From: Acidobacteriota bacterium
GTDB lineage: Bacteria; Acidobacteriota; Thermoanaerobaculia; Multivoradales; JAGPDF01
Assembly: GCA_012521815.1 (NCBI GenBank)
Contig: JAAYLR010000030.1
Coordinates: 5,434 to 69,433, forward strand
Reading direction: 5' to 3'
Length of the DNA: 64,000 bases
Shown: positions 1 to 9,220 of the stretch, piece by piece
Layout: each line of letters opens with the position of its first letter
Numbering within the stretch: the stretch's first letter is position 1
The notes under the pieces: generated by a model
What the model saw: the letters and a program-made list of their open reading frames with translations, nothing else
What the model was told of the DNA's origin: nothing
Databases searched by the model: none
Position numbers and translations under genes: made by a program

Positions 1-1076
1 GCTTCACGCCGATCGCCTCGAGGATCCGCGCCGCCTCCATGACGATAGCGACGCCCGCGCCGTTGTCGGTCGCGCCGGTGCCGGCGTGCCACGAGTCGAG
101 GTGGGCGCCCGCCATCACGATCTCCTCCCGGCGGTCGGTGCCGGGGATCTCGGCGAACACGTTGCCGACGGGAGCGCGGTCGGGGTGGAAGGTGGCCGCG
201 ACGTCGATCTCGATCTCCACCTCCCGCCCGGCGTCGAGGGCACGGGTGACGCGCCCGTACGGCGCTTCGGCCATCACCAGCCCCGGCACCCCGCGGCTGC
301 GCCCGGGGACGCCGCCGCCCCCGCCGCCGACCACGTAGAGGATGCCGTGCGGCCGGGTCGACTTCTCCACCGTCGCGAGCGCGCCCTCTTCGACGAGAAA
401 CCGGTTGCGCGCCTCGGAGAAATCCCACCGCTTGCGCGCCCGGGTTGCCCAGTCGCCGCCGAACCCCCAGCCGGAGATCCGGTAGGTCTCCAGGTCGGCG
501 AGCCCCTTCTCGTCGTAGCGGCGATACGGGCGCTCCTCGGCGGGATCGCGCGGCGCCGCCGGGCCGCGAACCTCCTCCGGCTCCGGGTCGATGAAGAGCA
601 CCTTCCCGCGCAGCTTCCCGCGCAGCGCCTCGAAGTCCGCCTCGCTCGCGAGCCGGCCGCGGATGGCGGGACCGCGCACGGGGCCGTCGGTGCCGACCGA
701 CCAGGCGAGCGGCAGGGCGTGGAGCGGCGCGGCGAACGGTGCGAGCGCGTGGACGCTCGTGCGGGAGAACGACCAGCCCTCTCCGAACGGGATCTCCTCC
801 TGATAGACCCGCTCGAACCCCCAGCCGCGGAACCGCTCCTCGGCCCAGGCGGTCGCCGCGATGTAGCCGGGCGAGCCGGTCAGCCGCGGCCCGACCTCCT
901 CGGTGAGCGCGGTGAGGGTCTCCATCACCTGCGAGCGACGGAGCCCCTCCTGCCGGATCCGGGTGACCATCGCATGGTCGACCGGCTCGGCCGCGAAGAG
1001 CGGCAGCGCGCCGATGAGCAAGAGAAGGAGCGGGATGAGGCCGAGACGGCGGGAGCGCGAGGCGAACAGGTTCATG
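1..1076 (-). CDS. M28 family zinc aminopeptidase, secreted; C-terminal part continues beyond the window start
   Basis: Reverse-strand translation starts MNLFASRSRRLGLIPLLLLLIGALPLFAAEP (signal peptide) from the ATG at 1074-1076. It runs without a stop to position 1 and contains peptidase M28-like segments. The antisense + ORF 86..1249 is low-complexity. Confidence 0.75.
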
Positions 1077-1258
1077 AACCCTCCTTGCCACCGGAACCGG
1101 GGCGGTTCGACTATTTACCACAGCGCCGCCGCGGGCCGCTGCGGAATCCTCCCCTTGACGGATCGCCGCCGCGGCGAGACAGTCTCCGGCGGACAGCCGC
1201 CACCCCGCCGGCCGGTCTCCCTCCGGCAACGGTCGCGGGCGGGCCGTGAGGTGCGCCG

Positions 1259-3061
1259 ATGTCGCTTCCCAACGCCGTCATCCTCCTTCCGTTCGCCGCG
1301 CTCCTTATCGTCGCCGCCGGTACGGCAGCCGGCGCCGACCGCCCGCCGGAACCCTGGCCGCTCGAAAGGTGCCAGGCGATTTTCGAGAAGACGCTGACCG
1401 TCGCCCTCACCCCCGACCTCTCGGGCCTCACGCCGGGCGAGAAGGCGGCGGTCGAGGAGCTCCTCGCCGCCGGCGAGATCCTCCAGAACCTCTACGAGGA
1501 CGCCCGCCATCCGCAGGCGGCCGCGGTGCGGGCGTGGCTCGCCGAAGCGCCCGTCCACGAGGAGCTGCCCGCCTGTCAGGTCGGCCTCTACCGGCTCTTC
1601 CAGGGGCCGATCGCGACGACCCTCGACAACCGGCGCGAGCCGTTCCTCGCCGTCGCCCCCGAAACGCCGGGCAAGAACGTCTACCCGCCGGGGATCACCG
1701 CCGCCGAAGTGGAGGCGTTCCTCGCCGCCCACCCGGAGGAGCGGGAGGCGATCCTCGGCGAGCGGACCGCCGTCCGCCGGGCGACCACCGCGGCGCTCGC
1801 CCGTGACCTCGCGGCGCTCGGCCGCCATCCGGTTCTCGACGCCCTCCACCCCGGCCTCGCCGACCGTCTCCGCGCGCTCGCCGCCGCGCCCGACCCGGCG
1901 CGCCTCTACGCCGTGCCGTACGCCGTCGCCTGGGCCGACGAGCACGTCGCGCTGCAGCGCCACCTCTTCCGCGCCGCCGACCTCGTCGCGACGGACGATC
2001 CGGAGCTCGCGCGCTACCTGCGCAACCGGGGGCGGGACTTCCTCTCGAACGACTACGAGAGCGGCGACGCCGCCTGGGTGACCGGTCGCTTCCGGCACCT
2101 CAACGCCCAGATCGGCGCCTACGAGACGTACGACGACGCCCTCTTCGGGGTCAAGGCGTTCCCCTCGTTCTCCCTGCTGCTGCGCGACCCGGAGGCCTCG
2201 GCGGGGCTCGCGCGCGGGATGGCGGCGCTGCAGGAGATCGAGGACGCCCTTCCGTACGAGCCGCACAAGCGGGTGCGCTCCGACATCCCGGTGGGGGCCT
2301 ACGAGGTGATCGCCGACTTCGGGCAGGCGCGCGGCACGAACACCGCCTCGATCCTTCCGAACGATCCGCTCTACGCCCGGCGCTACGGGCGGCTGATCCT
2401 GCTGCGCGGCAACATCATGACCGACCCGGAGCTGTTCGCGATCGCCGAGCGGCGGTGGCGGGCGGCGGTCGCCCCGCCGCACGCCGGCGAGCTCGCGCTC
2501 GCGGGCGGCTACCAGCGCACCCTCTGGCACGAGGTGGGGCATTACCTCGGGGTCGACGCCACCGCCGACGGCCGCCCGCTCGACCAGGCGCTCGGCGCCT
2601 GGACCGACGCGCTCGAGGAGCTCAAGGCCGACCTCGTCTCCCTCTTCGCGGTGCAGCGCTTCGCCGCCGCCGGCACGATGAGCGCCGCGGAGCGCCGGGC
2701 GGTGGAGGCCGACGGCATCCTCCGCACCCTGCTCGAGCACCCGCCGCGGCGCGACCAGCCGTACCAGACGATGATGCTCGCCCAGATGAACTACTTCCTC
2801 GACCGCGGCCTGCTCACGGCCGACGCCGACGCCCGCCTCGCGATCCGCTACGAGCGGTACCCGGAGACCGTGGCGGCGATGCTCGGCGAGGTCCTCGCCC
2901 TCCAGCGGCGCGGCGATCCGGCCGCCGCCGAGGCGTTCTTCACCCGCTGGACGAACTGGGACGAAGCGCTCCACGAGCGGCTCGCCGAGCGCCTCCGCGA
3001 AGCGGCGGGGCCGCGCTTCCGGGTCGTCTACTACCGGGCGCTCGGCGAAGTGGGGCCCTGA
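1259..3061 (+). CDS. secreted zinc metallopeptidase, M49 (dipeptidyl-peptidase III)-like
   Basis: The 600-aa ORF has an N-terminal signal peptide. It carries an HEVGH zinc-binding motif followed about 40 aa later by EELKAD, which matches the HExxGH...EExxAE/D pair of family M49. Confidence 0.65.
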   Translation: MSLPNAVILLPFAALLIVAAGTAAGADRPPEPWPLERCQAIFEKTLTVALTPDLSGLTPGEKAAVEELLAAGEILQNLYEDARHPQAAAVRAWLAEAPVHEELPACQVGLYRLFQGPIATTLDNRREPFLAVAPETPGKNVYPPGITAAEVEAFLAAHPEEREAILGERTAVRRATTAALARDLAALGRHPVLDALHPGLADRLRALAAAPDPARLYAVPYAVAWADEHVALQRHLFRAADLVATDDPELARYLRNRGRDFLSNDYESGDAAWVTGRFRHLNAQIGAYETYDDALFGVKAFPSFSLLLRDPEASAGLARGMAALQEIEDALPYEPHKRVRSDIPVGAYEVIADFGQARGTNTASILPNDPLYARRYGRLILLRGNIMTDPELFAIAERRWRAAVAPPHAGELALAGGYQRTLWHEVGHYLGVDATADGRPLDQALGAWTDALEELKADLVSLFAVQRFAAAGTMSAAERRAVEADGILRTLLEHPPRRDQPYQTMMLAQMNYFLDRGLLTADADARLAIRYERYPETVAAMLGEVLALQRRGDPAAAEAFFTRWTNWDEALHERLAERLREAAGPRFRVVYYRALGEVGP

Positions 3062-3095
3062 CGGCGGCGCCTCCGCCGTGCGAGAATCCGCGGCC

Positions 3096-3260
3096 ATGTG
3101 CCATCAGGTTCGTTGTTCCCGCTGCGGCAAGCCCACCTGGGCGGGCTGCGGCCGTCATATCGAGAACGCTCTCGCCGGCGTCCCTCCCGAGCGGCGCTGC
3201 ACCTGCCCCCGCCCGGAGTCGTGGCTGCAGCGGCTCGCCGCCCTGCTCCACCGCGACTGA
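3096..3260 (+). CDS. small Cys-rich zinc-ribbon-like protein (about 54 aa); start uncertain (GTG 3078 or ATG 3096)
   Basis: Sequence MCHQVRCSRCGKPTWAGCGRHIENALAGVPPERRCTCPRPE has a CxxC...C..H...CxC pattern. Third codon positions are GC-rich. It lies 17-35 nt after the M49-like stop on the same strand. No clear SD. Confidence 0.35.
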   Translation: MCHQVRCSRCGKPTWAGCGRHIENALAGVPPERRCTCPRPESWLQRLAALLHRD

Positions 3261-3279
3261 CGCTCCGTCCTCACGCGAG

Positions 3280-3307
3280 CGAGGCCCCCGTCTGACCGGG
3301 GGCCTCG
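3280..3307. terminator. bidirectional GC-rich hairpin terminator between convergent genes
   Basis: Perfect 11-bp inverted repeat cgaggcccccg-tctgac-cgggggcctcg. It sits between the + small gene (ends 3260) and the - DUF4332 gene (ends 3354). Confidence 0.5.
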
Positions 3308-3353
3308 TCCGTCATCGTGCCGGGGCGGACGCGGGCGCGCCCCCGGCTGCGTC

Positions 3354-3764
3354 TCAGTACTCGAGCGCGCGCGGCAGCTGCTTCGCCTCGGCCACCCACT
3401 TCGTGACCTCGGCGACGGGGGGCACGCGGCGGGTGAGCCGCTTCGCCTGCTGCACCTCGGCCATCGCGGCGGCGAGGTTCGCGGGGTTGCGCTGCGCGAG
3501 CTCGGGGACCGTGTCGACCCCGGCGGCCTCCAGCAGCTCGGAGTACTCCGGGCCGATCCCGTGGATCCGGAAGAGGTCGGCCATGTTCGCCCACTTCAGC
3601 AGCCGCGCGGCCGAGAGCCCGGCCTTCGCCGCGAGCTCCGTCCGCTGCTTCGGCGTCCTGCAGGCCGCGAGGAGCGCGTCGGTATCGCTGACTCCCGCCG
3701 CGCGCAGCTTCTCTCCGTACACCGCTCCGATCCCCTCGATCGCTTCGATCTTCATGTTGGCCAT
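3354..3764 (-). CDS. DUF4332 (helix-hairpin-helix) domain protein
   Basis: Starts MANMKIEAIEGIGAVYGEKLRAAGV, 136 aa, with a typical DUF4332 N-terminal signature. A GGAGG SD lies 6 nt upstream of the ATG at 3764. The annotated ORF 3354..4256 is over-extended upstream. Confidence 0.7.
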   Translation of the reverse strand: MANMKIEAIEGIGAVYGEKLRAAGVSDTDALLAACRTPKQRTELAAKAGLSAARLLKWANMADLFRIHGIGPEYSELLEAAGVDTVPELAQRNPANLAAAMAEVQQAKRLTRRVPPVAEVTKWVAEAKQLPRALEY

Positions 3765-3893
3765 CGGCGACCTCCTTTCGGTCCTCGGATCATAGCCGTT
3801 CGCGCTCGCTCCCGGGCTCCGGACGACGCTCGCGGCGCGGCCATCCGGCAGCCGTCTCCGATCCCGCGGCGACCGGCGATAGACTCGGCGGCG

Positions 3894-4658
3894 ATGGCGG
3901 ACGAACCCGGGATCACCGGCGCCGCGGCCGTTCTGCGCACCGCGCGGCGCGTGCTCGCGTTCACCGGCGCGGGGATCTCGGTGGCGAGCGGGATCCCGCC
4001 GTTCCGCGGCGAAGACGGCCTCTGGACGCGCTTCGACCCGTCGTCGCTCGCGCTGGACACCTTCCTCGACGACCCCGCCGCCGCCTGGCGGTTCCTGAAC
4101 GAGATCTTCTACCTCCCGCTCGCGGGAGCGGCGCCGAACCCGGCCCACCGGGCGCTCGCGTCGCTCGAGCGGGCCGGGCGCCTCGCGGCGGTCGCGACCC
4201 AGAACGTGGACGGCCTCCACCGCGCCGCCGGCAGCCGCCGGGTCCACGAGCTCCACGGCACCCTCCGGCGGCTCCGCTGCCTCGCCTGCGAGGCGGTCTC
4301 CGCCCTCGCCGACTCCGGTCTCGGCGAGCTGCCGCCGACCTGCCGCCTCTGCGGCGGGATCCTCCGCCCGGAGATCGTCTTCTTCGACGAAGGGCTCGCC
4401 GAGCCGGCGCGCAGCGACGCCTTCGCCGCGGCCGCGGGCTGCGATGCGATCCTCGTCGTCGGCACCTCGGGGGAGGTGCTGCCGGCCGGTCTCCTCCCCT
4501 GGACCGCCGCCGAGCAGGGGGCCACCGTCATCGAGATCAACACGGTTCCGTCGGCCTACACCGAACCCCTCACCGACCTCTTCCTGCAGGGCTCCGCGAC
4601 GGCGCTCCTGCCGCGCCTCGCCGCCGCCCTCGACCTCGCTCCGCCGCCGGCGGAGTGA
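3894..4658 (+). CDS. cobB: NAD-dependent protein deacetylase, Sir2 family (CobB-like)
   Basis: Sirtuin motifs are present in order: GAGISVASGIPPFRG, QNVDGLH, HG(T), and the CxxC...CxxC zinc pair (CLAC...CRLC). Start is the ATG at 3894 inside the longer ORF 3561..4658. Confidence 0.85.
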   Translation: MADEPGITGAAAVLRTARRVLAFTGAGISVASGIPPFRGEDGLWTRFDPSSLALDTFLDDPAAAWRFLNEIFYLPLAGAAPNPAHRALASLERAGRLAAVATQNVDGLHRAAGSRRVHELHGTLRRLRCLACEAVSALADSGLGELPPTCRLCGGILRPEIVFFDEGLAEPARSDAFAAAAGCDAILVVGTSGEVLPAGLLPWTAAEQGATVIEINTVPSAYTEPLTDLFLQGSATALLPRLAAALDLAPPPAE

Positions 4659-4669
4659 CCGGAGGCGCC

Positions 4670-7351
4670 ATGAGCGTCCACAACCTCGGCCGGATCTTCG
4701 ATCCGAAGCGGATCGCCCTCGTGGGCGCCTCGCCCAACCCGAACAGCGTCAGCGGCAAGGTGCTCTCGAACCTCGTCACCGGCGGCTTTCCCGGCGTCGT
4801 CTACCCCGTCCATCCGACCCAGGAGGCGGTGCTCGGGATCCCCTGCTTCCCCGACGTCGCGAGCCTGCCGCGGGTGCCCGAGCTCGCGATCGTCTGCACC
4901 CCGGCCGAACAGGTGCCGGCCGCCGTCACCGCCTGCGGCGAGGCCGGGATCCTCGGCCTGATCGTGATGTCCGCCGGCTTTCGCGAGACGGGCGAGGCGG
5001 GGCGGGCGCTCGAACAGGAGGTGCGCGCCGCGCACGCCCGCTTCCCCGGGATGCGGATCCTCGGGCCGAACTGCCTCGGGGTGATCGTCCCGCGCCGCAA
5101 CCTCAACGCCAGCTTCGGCCCCGCGATGCCGCGCGACGGCCAGATCGCCTTCCTCTCGCAGTCCGGAGCGCTCTGCACCTCGGTGCTCGACTGGGCGCGC
5201 GACGAGCGTGTCGGCTTCTCCCACTTCGTCTCGCTCGGCAACGCCCTCGACGTCGGCTTCGGCGATCTCATCGACTACTTCGGCGAGGACGAGAAGACCC
5301 GCTCGATCCTGCTCTACATCGAGTCGGTCAGCCGGGCGCGGGCGTTCATGACCGCCGCACGCGCCTTCGCCCGCACCAAGCCGATCCTCGCCTTCAAGGC
5401 CGGGCGCTTCCCGACGTCGGCCGCGGTCGCCGCCTCGCACACCGGCGCGATGGCCTCGGAGGACGCGGTCTACGACGCCGCCTTCGAACGGACCGGGATC
5501 GCCCGCGTCTTCGATCTCGGCGACGTCTTCGACTGCGCCGCGCTGGTAGGCCGCAGCCGGATGCCGCACGGCCCCCGCCTCGGCATCGTGACCAACGCCG
5601 GCGGCCCCGGCGTGGTGGCGACCGACGCCCTCGTCGCGGCCGGCGGCGAGCTCGCCACGCTCGCGCCCGCCACGCTCGCCGCGCTCGACGACTGCCTCCC
5701 GCCCGCCTGGTCGCACGGCAACCCGGTGGACGTCCTCGGCGACGCCGGCTCGCGGCGGCTCGAGAAGGCGGTCGAGGCGGTGCTCGCCGACCCCGGCGTG
5801 GACGCGCTGCTCGTGATCCTCACCCCCCAGGCGATGACCAACCCCACCGGCGCCGCGAAGGTGCTCGCGCGGCTGGCGGAGAAGAGCCCGAAGCCGGTGC
5901 TCGCCGCCTGGCTCGGCGGCCAGGCGATGCGCGAGGGGGCCGGCATCCTCGCCGAGGCCGGGGTGGCCGCCTACCAGACCCCCGAGCAGGCGGTGCGCGC
6001 CTTCATGACCCTCGTCGCCTACGCCCGCAACCTCGAGATCCTCTACGAGACGCCGAAGGACGTGGCGATCGAGCTCCCGTTCGACCGCGCCGAGGCGAAG
6101 CGCGCCTTCGTCGCCCGCGCGATCGCCGGCGCCGGCACCCTCTCCGAGGAGAGCTCGAAAGAGCTCCTCCACGCCTACGGGATCCCGGTCGTGCGCGCGC
6201 GGCCGGCGGCCGACGCCGCGGCGGCGGTGGCGCTCGCCGAGGAGCTCGGCTACCCGGTGGTGCTCAAGATCCACTCCCCCGACATCACCCACAAGACCGA
6301 CGTCGGCGGCGTCGCCCTCGACCTGGGCAGCGCGGAGATGGTCACCGCCGCCTTCGATCAGATCGTGCGCAACGCCCGCGAGCGGCGGCCGGAGGCGCGC
6401 CTCGCGGGAGTGACCGTGCAGCGGATGGTGCAGGCGCGCGACGGGGTGGAGCTGATCCTCGGCGTGAAGCGCGACGCGGTCTTCGGCACGGTGATGATGG
6501 CCGGCATGGGCGGGATCGGCGCCGAGCTGCTCGGCGAGCGCAGCCTCGGCTTCCCGCCCCTCAACGAGCGGCTCGCGCGCCGGATGCTCGAGAAGCTCCG
6601 GCTCTGGCCGCTCCTCGCCGGCTACCGGGGCCGGCCGCCGGTCGATCTCGACCGGCTCGTCGCGGTGCTCATCCGCCTCTCCTACCTCGCCGCCGACTAC
6701 CCGGAGATCGCCGAGCTCGACATCAACCCGCTGCTCGTGAGCCCCGGCGAGGTGATCGCGCTCGACGCCCGGGTGGTGCTCGATCGCGCCCCCGACGGCG
6801 CGCTCGACGAGGCGTACCCGCACCTCGTCCTCCGCCCCTACCCCGAGCGGCTGGTCCGGCGGGCGGTGCTGCGCGACGGCACGCCGGTGACGCTGCGGCC
6901 GATCAAGCCCGAGGACGAACCGCTCTGGCACGCGATGCTCGCGAGCTGCTCGCGCGAGTCGCTCTACTCGCGCTTCCGCTCGCACTACAACTGGGCGACC
7001 CACGAGGCCGCGACCCGGCACTGCTACATCGACTACGCGCGGGAGATCGCGATCGTCGCCGAGGTCGAGGAGCGGAGCGAGCGGCGGCTCGTCGGGGTCG
7101 GGCGGCTGATCGCCGACCCCGGGCACGAGGAGGCCGAGTACGCGGTGCTGGTGATCGACGCCTTCCAGAACCGCGAGCTCGGCTCGCTGCTCACCGACAC
7201 CTGCATCGAGGTCGCCCGTGGCTGGCAGTTGCGGCGGCTGGTGGCCGAGACCGACACCACGAACCGGGCGATGATCGCGGTCTTCGCGAAGCGGGGTTTC
7301 GAGATCCGCACCGGCGAGGACTCGACCGTCGAGGTCTCGCTCCCGCTCTGA
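4670..7351 (+). CDS. pat: protein lysine acetyltransferase Pat (acetyl-CoA synthetase (ADP-forming)-like domains + C-terminal GNAT)
   Basis: 893 aa. The N-terminus has a CoA-binding / succinyl-CoA-synthetase-like fold (VGASPNPNSVSGKV..., ATP-grasp) and the C-terminal ~200 aa is GNAT. GGAGG precedes the ATG at 4670. An alternative GTG at 4655 overlaps the cobB stop (GTGA). Confidence 0.85.
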   Translation: MSVHNLGRIFDPKRIALVGASPNPNSVSGKVLSNLVTGGFPGVVYPVHPTQEAVLGIPCFPDVASLPRVPELAIVCTPAEQVPAAVTACGEAGILGLIVMSAGFRETGEAGRALEQEVRAAHARFPGMRILGPNCLGVIVPRRNLNASFGPAMPRDGQIAFLSQSGALCTSVLDWARDERVGFSHFVSLGNALDVGFGDLIDYFGEDEKTRSILLYIESVSRARAFMTAARAFARTKPILAFKAGRFPTSAAVAASHTGAMASEDAVYDAAFERTGIARVFDLGDVFDCAALVGRSRMPHGPRLGIVTNAGGPGVVATDALVAAGGELATLAPATLAALDDCLPPAWSHGNPVDVLGDAGSRRLEKAVEAVLADPGVDALLVILTPQAMTNPTGAAKVLARLAEKSPKPVLAAWLGGQAMREGAGILAEAGVAAYQTPEQAVRAFMTLVAYARNLEILYETPKDVAIELPFDRAEAKRAFVARAIAGAGTLSEESSKELLHAYGIPVVRARPAADAAAAVALAEELGYPVVLKIHSPDITHKTDVGGVALDLGSAEMVTAAFDQIVRNARERRPEARLAGVTVQRMVQARDGVELILGVKRDAVFGTVMMAGMGGIGAELLGERSLGFPPLNERLARRMLEKLRLWPLLAGYRGRPPVDLDRLVAVLIRLSYLAADYPEIAELDINPLLVSPGEVIALDARVVLDRAPDGALDEAYPHLVLRPYPERLVRRAVLRDGTPVTLRPIKPEDEPLWHAMLASCSRESLYSRFRSHYNWATHEAATRHCYIDYAREIAIVAEVEERSERRLVGVGRLIADPGHEEAEYAVLVIDAFQNRELGSLLTDTCIEVARGWQLRRLVAETDTTNRAMIAVFAKRGFEIRTGEDSTVEVSLPL

Positions 7352-7377
7352 ACGCCCGGTTCCCGGAGGATGCCGCC

Positions 7378-8532
7378 ATGAACCCTCGCCTCGCCGCCGC
7401 CGCCCTCGCCCTCTCGCTGCTGCCGCTCCCCGGCGCGGCCACCGCCGGTCCCGTGCCGGCCGCGGCGCCGCCCGCGCTCGCGGAGGTGCGCGCGGCGATG
7501 GGGATCCCCTCCGCGGACGACATGCGCGGGCAGCGCGACACCGTCGGCTTCGCCTCGACCGCCGCGCAGATGGCGCGCGTCTGGGAGCTCGCGGGGAGCC
7601 CGCCCGCCCCGGAGAGGTTCGGCTCCCGCCCCGCGCCCGGCGTCGCCGGGGTGATCGCGCCGCACGACGACTACCTCTACTCCGGCCGCGTCGCCCGCGA
7701 GACGCTCTCGCTCCTGACCGCACGCACGGTGGTGCTCGTCGGCGTCTTCCACAAGTACCGGGCCTTCGGAGCGCGCGACCAGCTCGTCTTCGATCCGTAC
7801 CGCGCCTGGCGGGCGCCCGACGGCGAGATCCCGGTCGCCGCGCTCCGCGAGGAGCTCCTCGCGGCGCTCCCCGCCGGCTTCGCGGTGCAGGACGCGGCGA
7901 TGCACGACGCCGAGCACTCGCTCGAGTCGCTCGCCTACTGGTTGCGCCACGCGCGGCCCGATCTGGAGATCGTGCCGATCCTCGTGCCCGCGGCCTCCTT
8001 CCCCCGGCTCGAAGCGCTCGGCGCCGCGCTCGGGCGGGCGCTCGCCGAGGCGATGACCCGGCACGGCTGGCGTCTCGGCCGCGACGTGGCGATCGCGATC
8101 TCGGCCGACGCCGTGCACTACGGCGACGACTTCGCCCACGTTCCGTTCGGCGCGGGAGGGATCGAAACCTACCGGCAGGCGGTCGCGCGCGATCTCGCGC
8201 TCCTCCGCGGTCCCCTCGCGGGCCCGGTCGACAGCGCGGCGGCGCACGCGCTCTTCGCGACCTTCGTCGACCCGGAAGCCCCCGATCAGTACCGCCTCCC
8301 CTGGTGCGGCCGCTTCTCGATCCCGCTCGGGATGCTCGCGCTCGCCGAGACCGCCCGCGCCCTCGGCCTGCCCCCCCTCGAATCCCGTCCGCTCGCCTAC
8401 GCCACCTCGGTCGGCCAGCCCGAGCTGCCGGTGCGCGAGATCGGCCTCGGCGCCACCGCCCCCGCGAACCTCTACCATTTCGTCGGCCAGCCGGGGGTGG
8501 CGTTCGTGCTCCCCGCCGCCCCGGAGCCGTAG
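7378..8532 (+). CDS. MEMO1 / AmmeMemoRadiSam-system protein B family protein with signal peptide
   Basis: N-terminal signal MNPRLAAAALALSLLPLPGAATA, then the Memo-like motif GVIAPHDDYLYSG, with histidines conserved through the ORF. Confidence 0.65.
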   Translation: MNPRLAAAALALSLLPLPGAATAGPVPAAAPPALAEVRAAMGIPSADDMRGQRDTVGFASTAAQMARVWELAGSPPAPERFGSRPAPGVAGVIAPHDDYLYSGRVARETLSLLTARTVVLVGVFHKYRAFGARDQLVFDPYRAWRAPDGEIPVAALREELLAALPAGFAVQDAAMHDAEHSLESLAYWLRHARPDLEIVPILVPAASFPRLEALGAALGRALAEAMTRHGWRLGRDVAIAISADAVHYGDDFAHVPFGAGGIETYRQAVARDLALLRGPLAGPVDSAAAHALFATFVDPEAPDQYRLPWCGRFSIPLGMLALAETARALGLPPLESRPLAYATSVGQPELPVREIGLGATAPANLYHFVGQPGVAFVLPAAPEP

Positions 8533-8547
8533 CCGCGCCGGCGGCGC

Positions 8548-9165
8548 TCAGGAGCGTTCGAGGAGCGCGAGCAGCTTCTCGCCGTTCACCCCGGCAGGGA
8601 GTCTCTCGGCGAAGCCGAGGAGGGCGGCGAGGCGGGCGGCGAGCTGACGCTCGGCCTCCCGGAGCGCCAGCTTCGCCTGCGCGAGCCGCTCCTTCGCCGG
8701 ACGCATCCACTGCTCCTGGAACTCCTTGCCGGAGAGGGTGCCGTCGCGGATCCGCTGCCGGCCCTCGCGGCGGATCGTGTCGAGATGCCGGCTCGCCGCC
8801 GCGGCCTCCAGAGCGATCGGCGCCGTCTCCCATCGCCACCCCGTGTGCACCGCCACCACCTCGCCCCGCTTCGCGAGCGCGCGCCGCACGAGCTCCACCC
8901 CCGCCGCGACGAGCGCGGCCACCTCGCGCTCGCCATCCGCGGTGAGGCTCCCGTCCTCCGCCCACCGCTTCCGGGAGAGCGCGAAATAGGGGATGTGCGA
9001 GCTCGCGAGGCGCAGCGGCCATGGCCGCTCGATCTCGACACCGAGATCGGACGCGCAGGCGCGCACCCTGCCCTCCACCTCCAGCTCACCGACCTGCTGC
9101 CGCAGCGCTACCTCCACCCACTCCGGTCCTCCGGAACCGTTCTCACGCGCTTCGTTCGCCGCCAT
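8548..9165 (-). CDS. hypothetical protein (205 aa)
   Basis: Clean ORF with an AGGAGG SD 6 nt upstream of the ATG at 9165. Third positions are GC-biased. I recognise no domain. Confidence 0.55.
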   Translation of the reverse strand: MAANEARENGSGGPEWVEVALRQQVGELEVEGRVRACASDLGVEIERPWPLRLASSHIPYFALSRKRWAEDGSLTADGEREVAALVAAGVELVRRALAKRGEVVAVHTGWRWETAPIALEAAAASRHLDTIRREGRQRIRDGTLSGKEFQEQWMRPAKERLAQAKLALREAERQLAARLAALLGFAERLPAGVNGEKLLALLERS

Positions 9166-9205
9166 CGCCCACCTCCTTCCGCCCCCGAATCCTCCACCTC
9201 GCCGT

Positions 9206-9220
9206 TGACAGAACCTGTCA
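9206..9220. promoter_or_regulatory. 15-bp perfect palindrome TGACAGaacCTGTCA (candidate operator) with TTGACA hexamer, in 5' region of the 8548..9165 gene
   Basis: tgacag-aac-ctgtca read directly at 9206-9220, 41-55 nt upstream of the start codon at 9165. TTGACA sits at 9205-9210 on the + strand. Confidence 0.25.

Noticed and set aside
1100-1120. GGTTCGA-containing stretch resembling a tRNA T-arm in the 1077..1258 intergenic region
   Set aside because: The sequence reads ggttcgactatttacc, not GGTTCGAATCC. No acceptor or anticodon stems can be built around it.
86-1249. Long + strand ORF (387 aa) at the start of the window
   Set aside because: Its translation is low-complexity (Arg/Gly/Ala-rich). 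It is antisense to the clearly homologous M28 peptidase on the minus strand. This is the typical high-GC antisense ORF artefact.
7378-8532. Complete AmmeMemoRadiSam system
   Set aside because: Only the Memo-like B component is present. No radical-SAM or AMMECR1 gene is adjacent.
4444-9022. Very long ORFs 4444..8532 (+, 1362 aa) and 4556..9022 (-, 1488 aa)
   Set aside because: They are alternate-frame or antisense readings across pat and the Memo-like gene. The products are Arg/Pro/Gly low-complexity with no SD. The real genes in this span have clear homology and RBSs.
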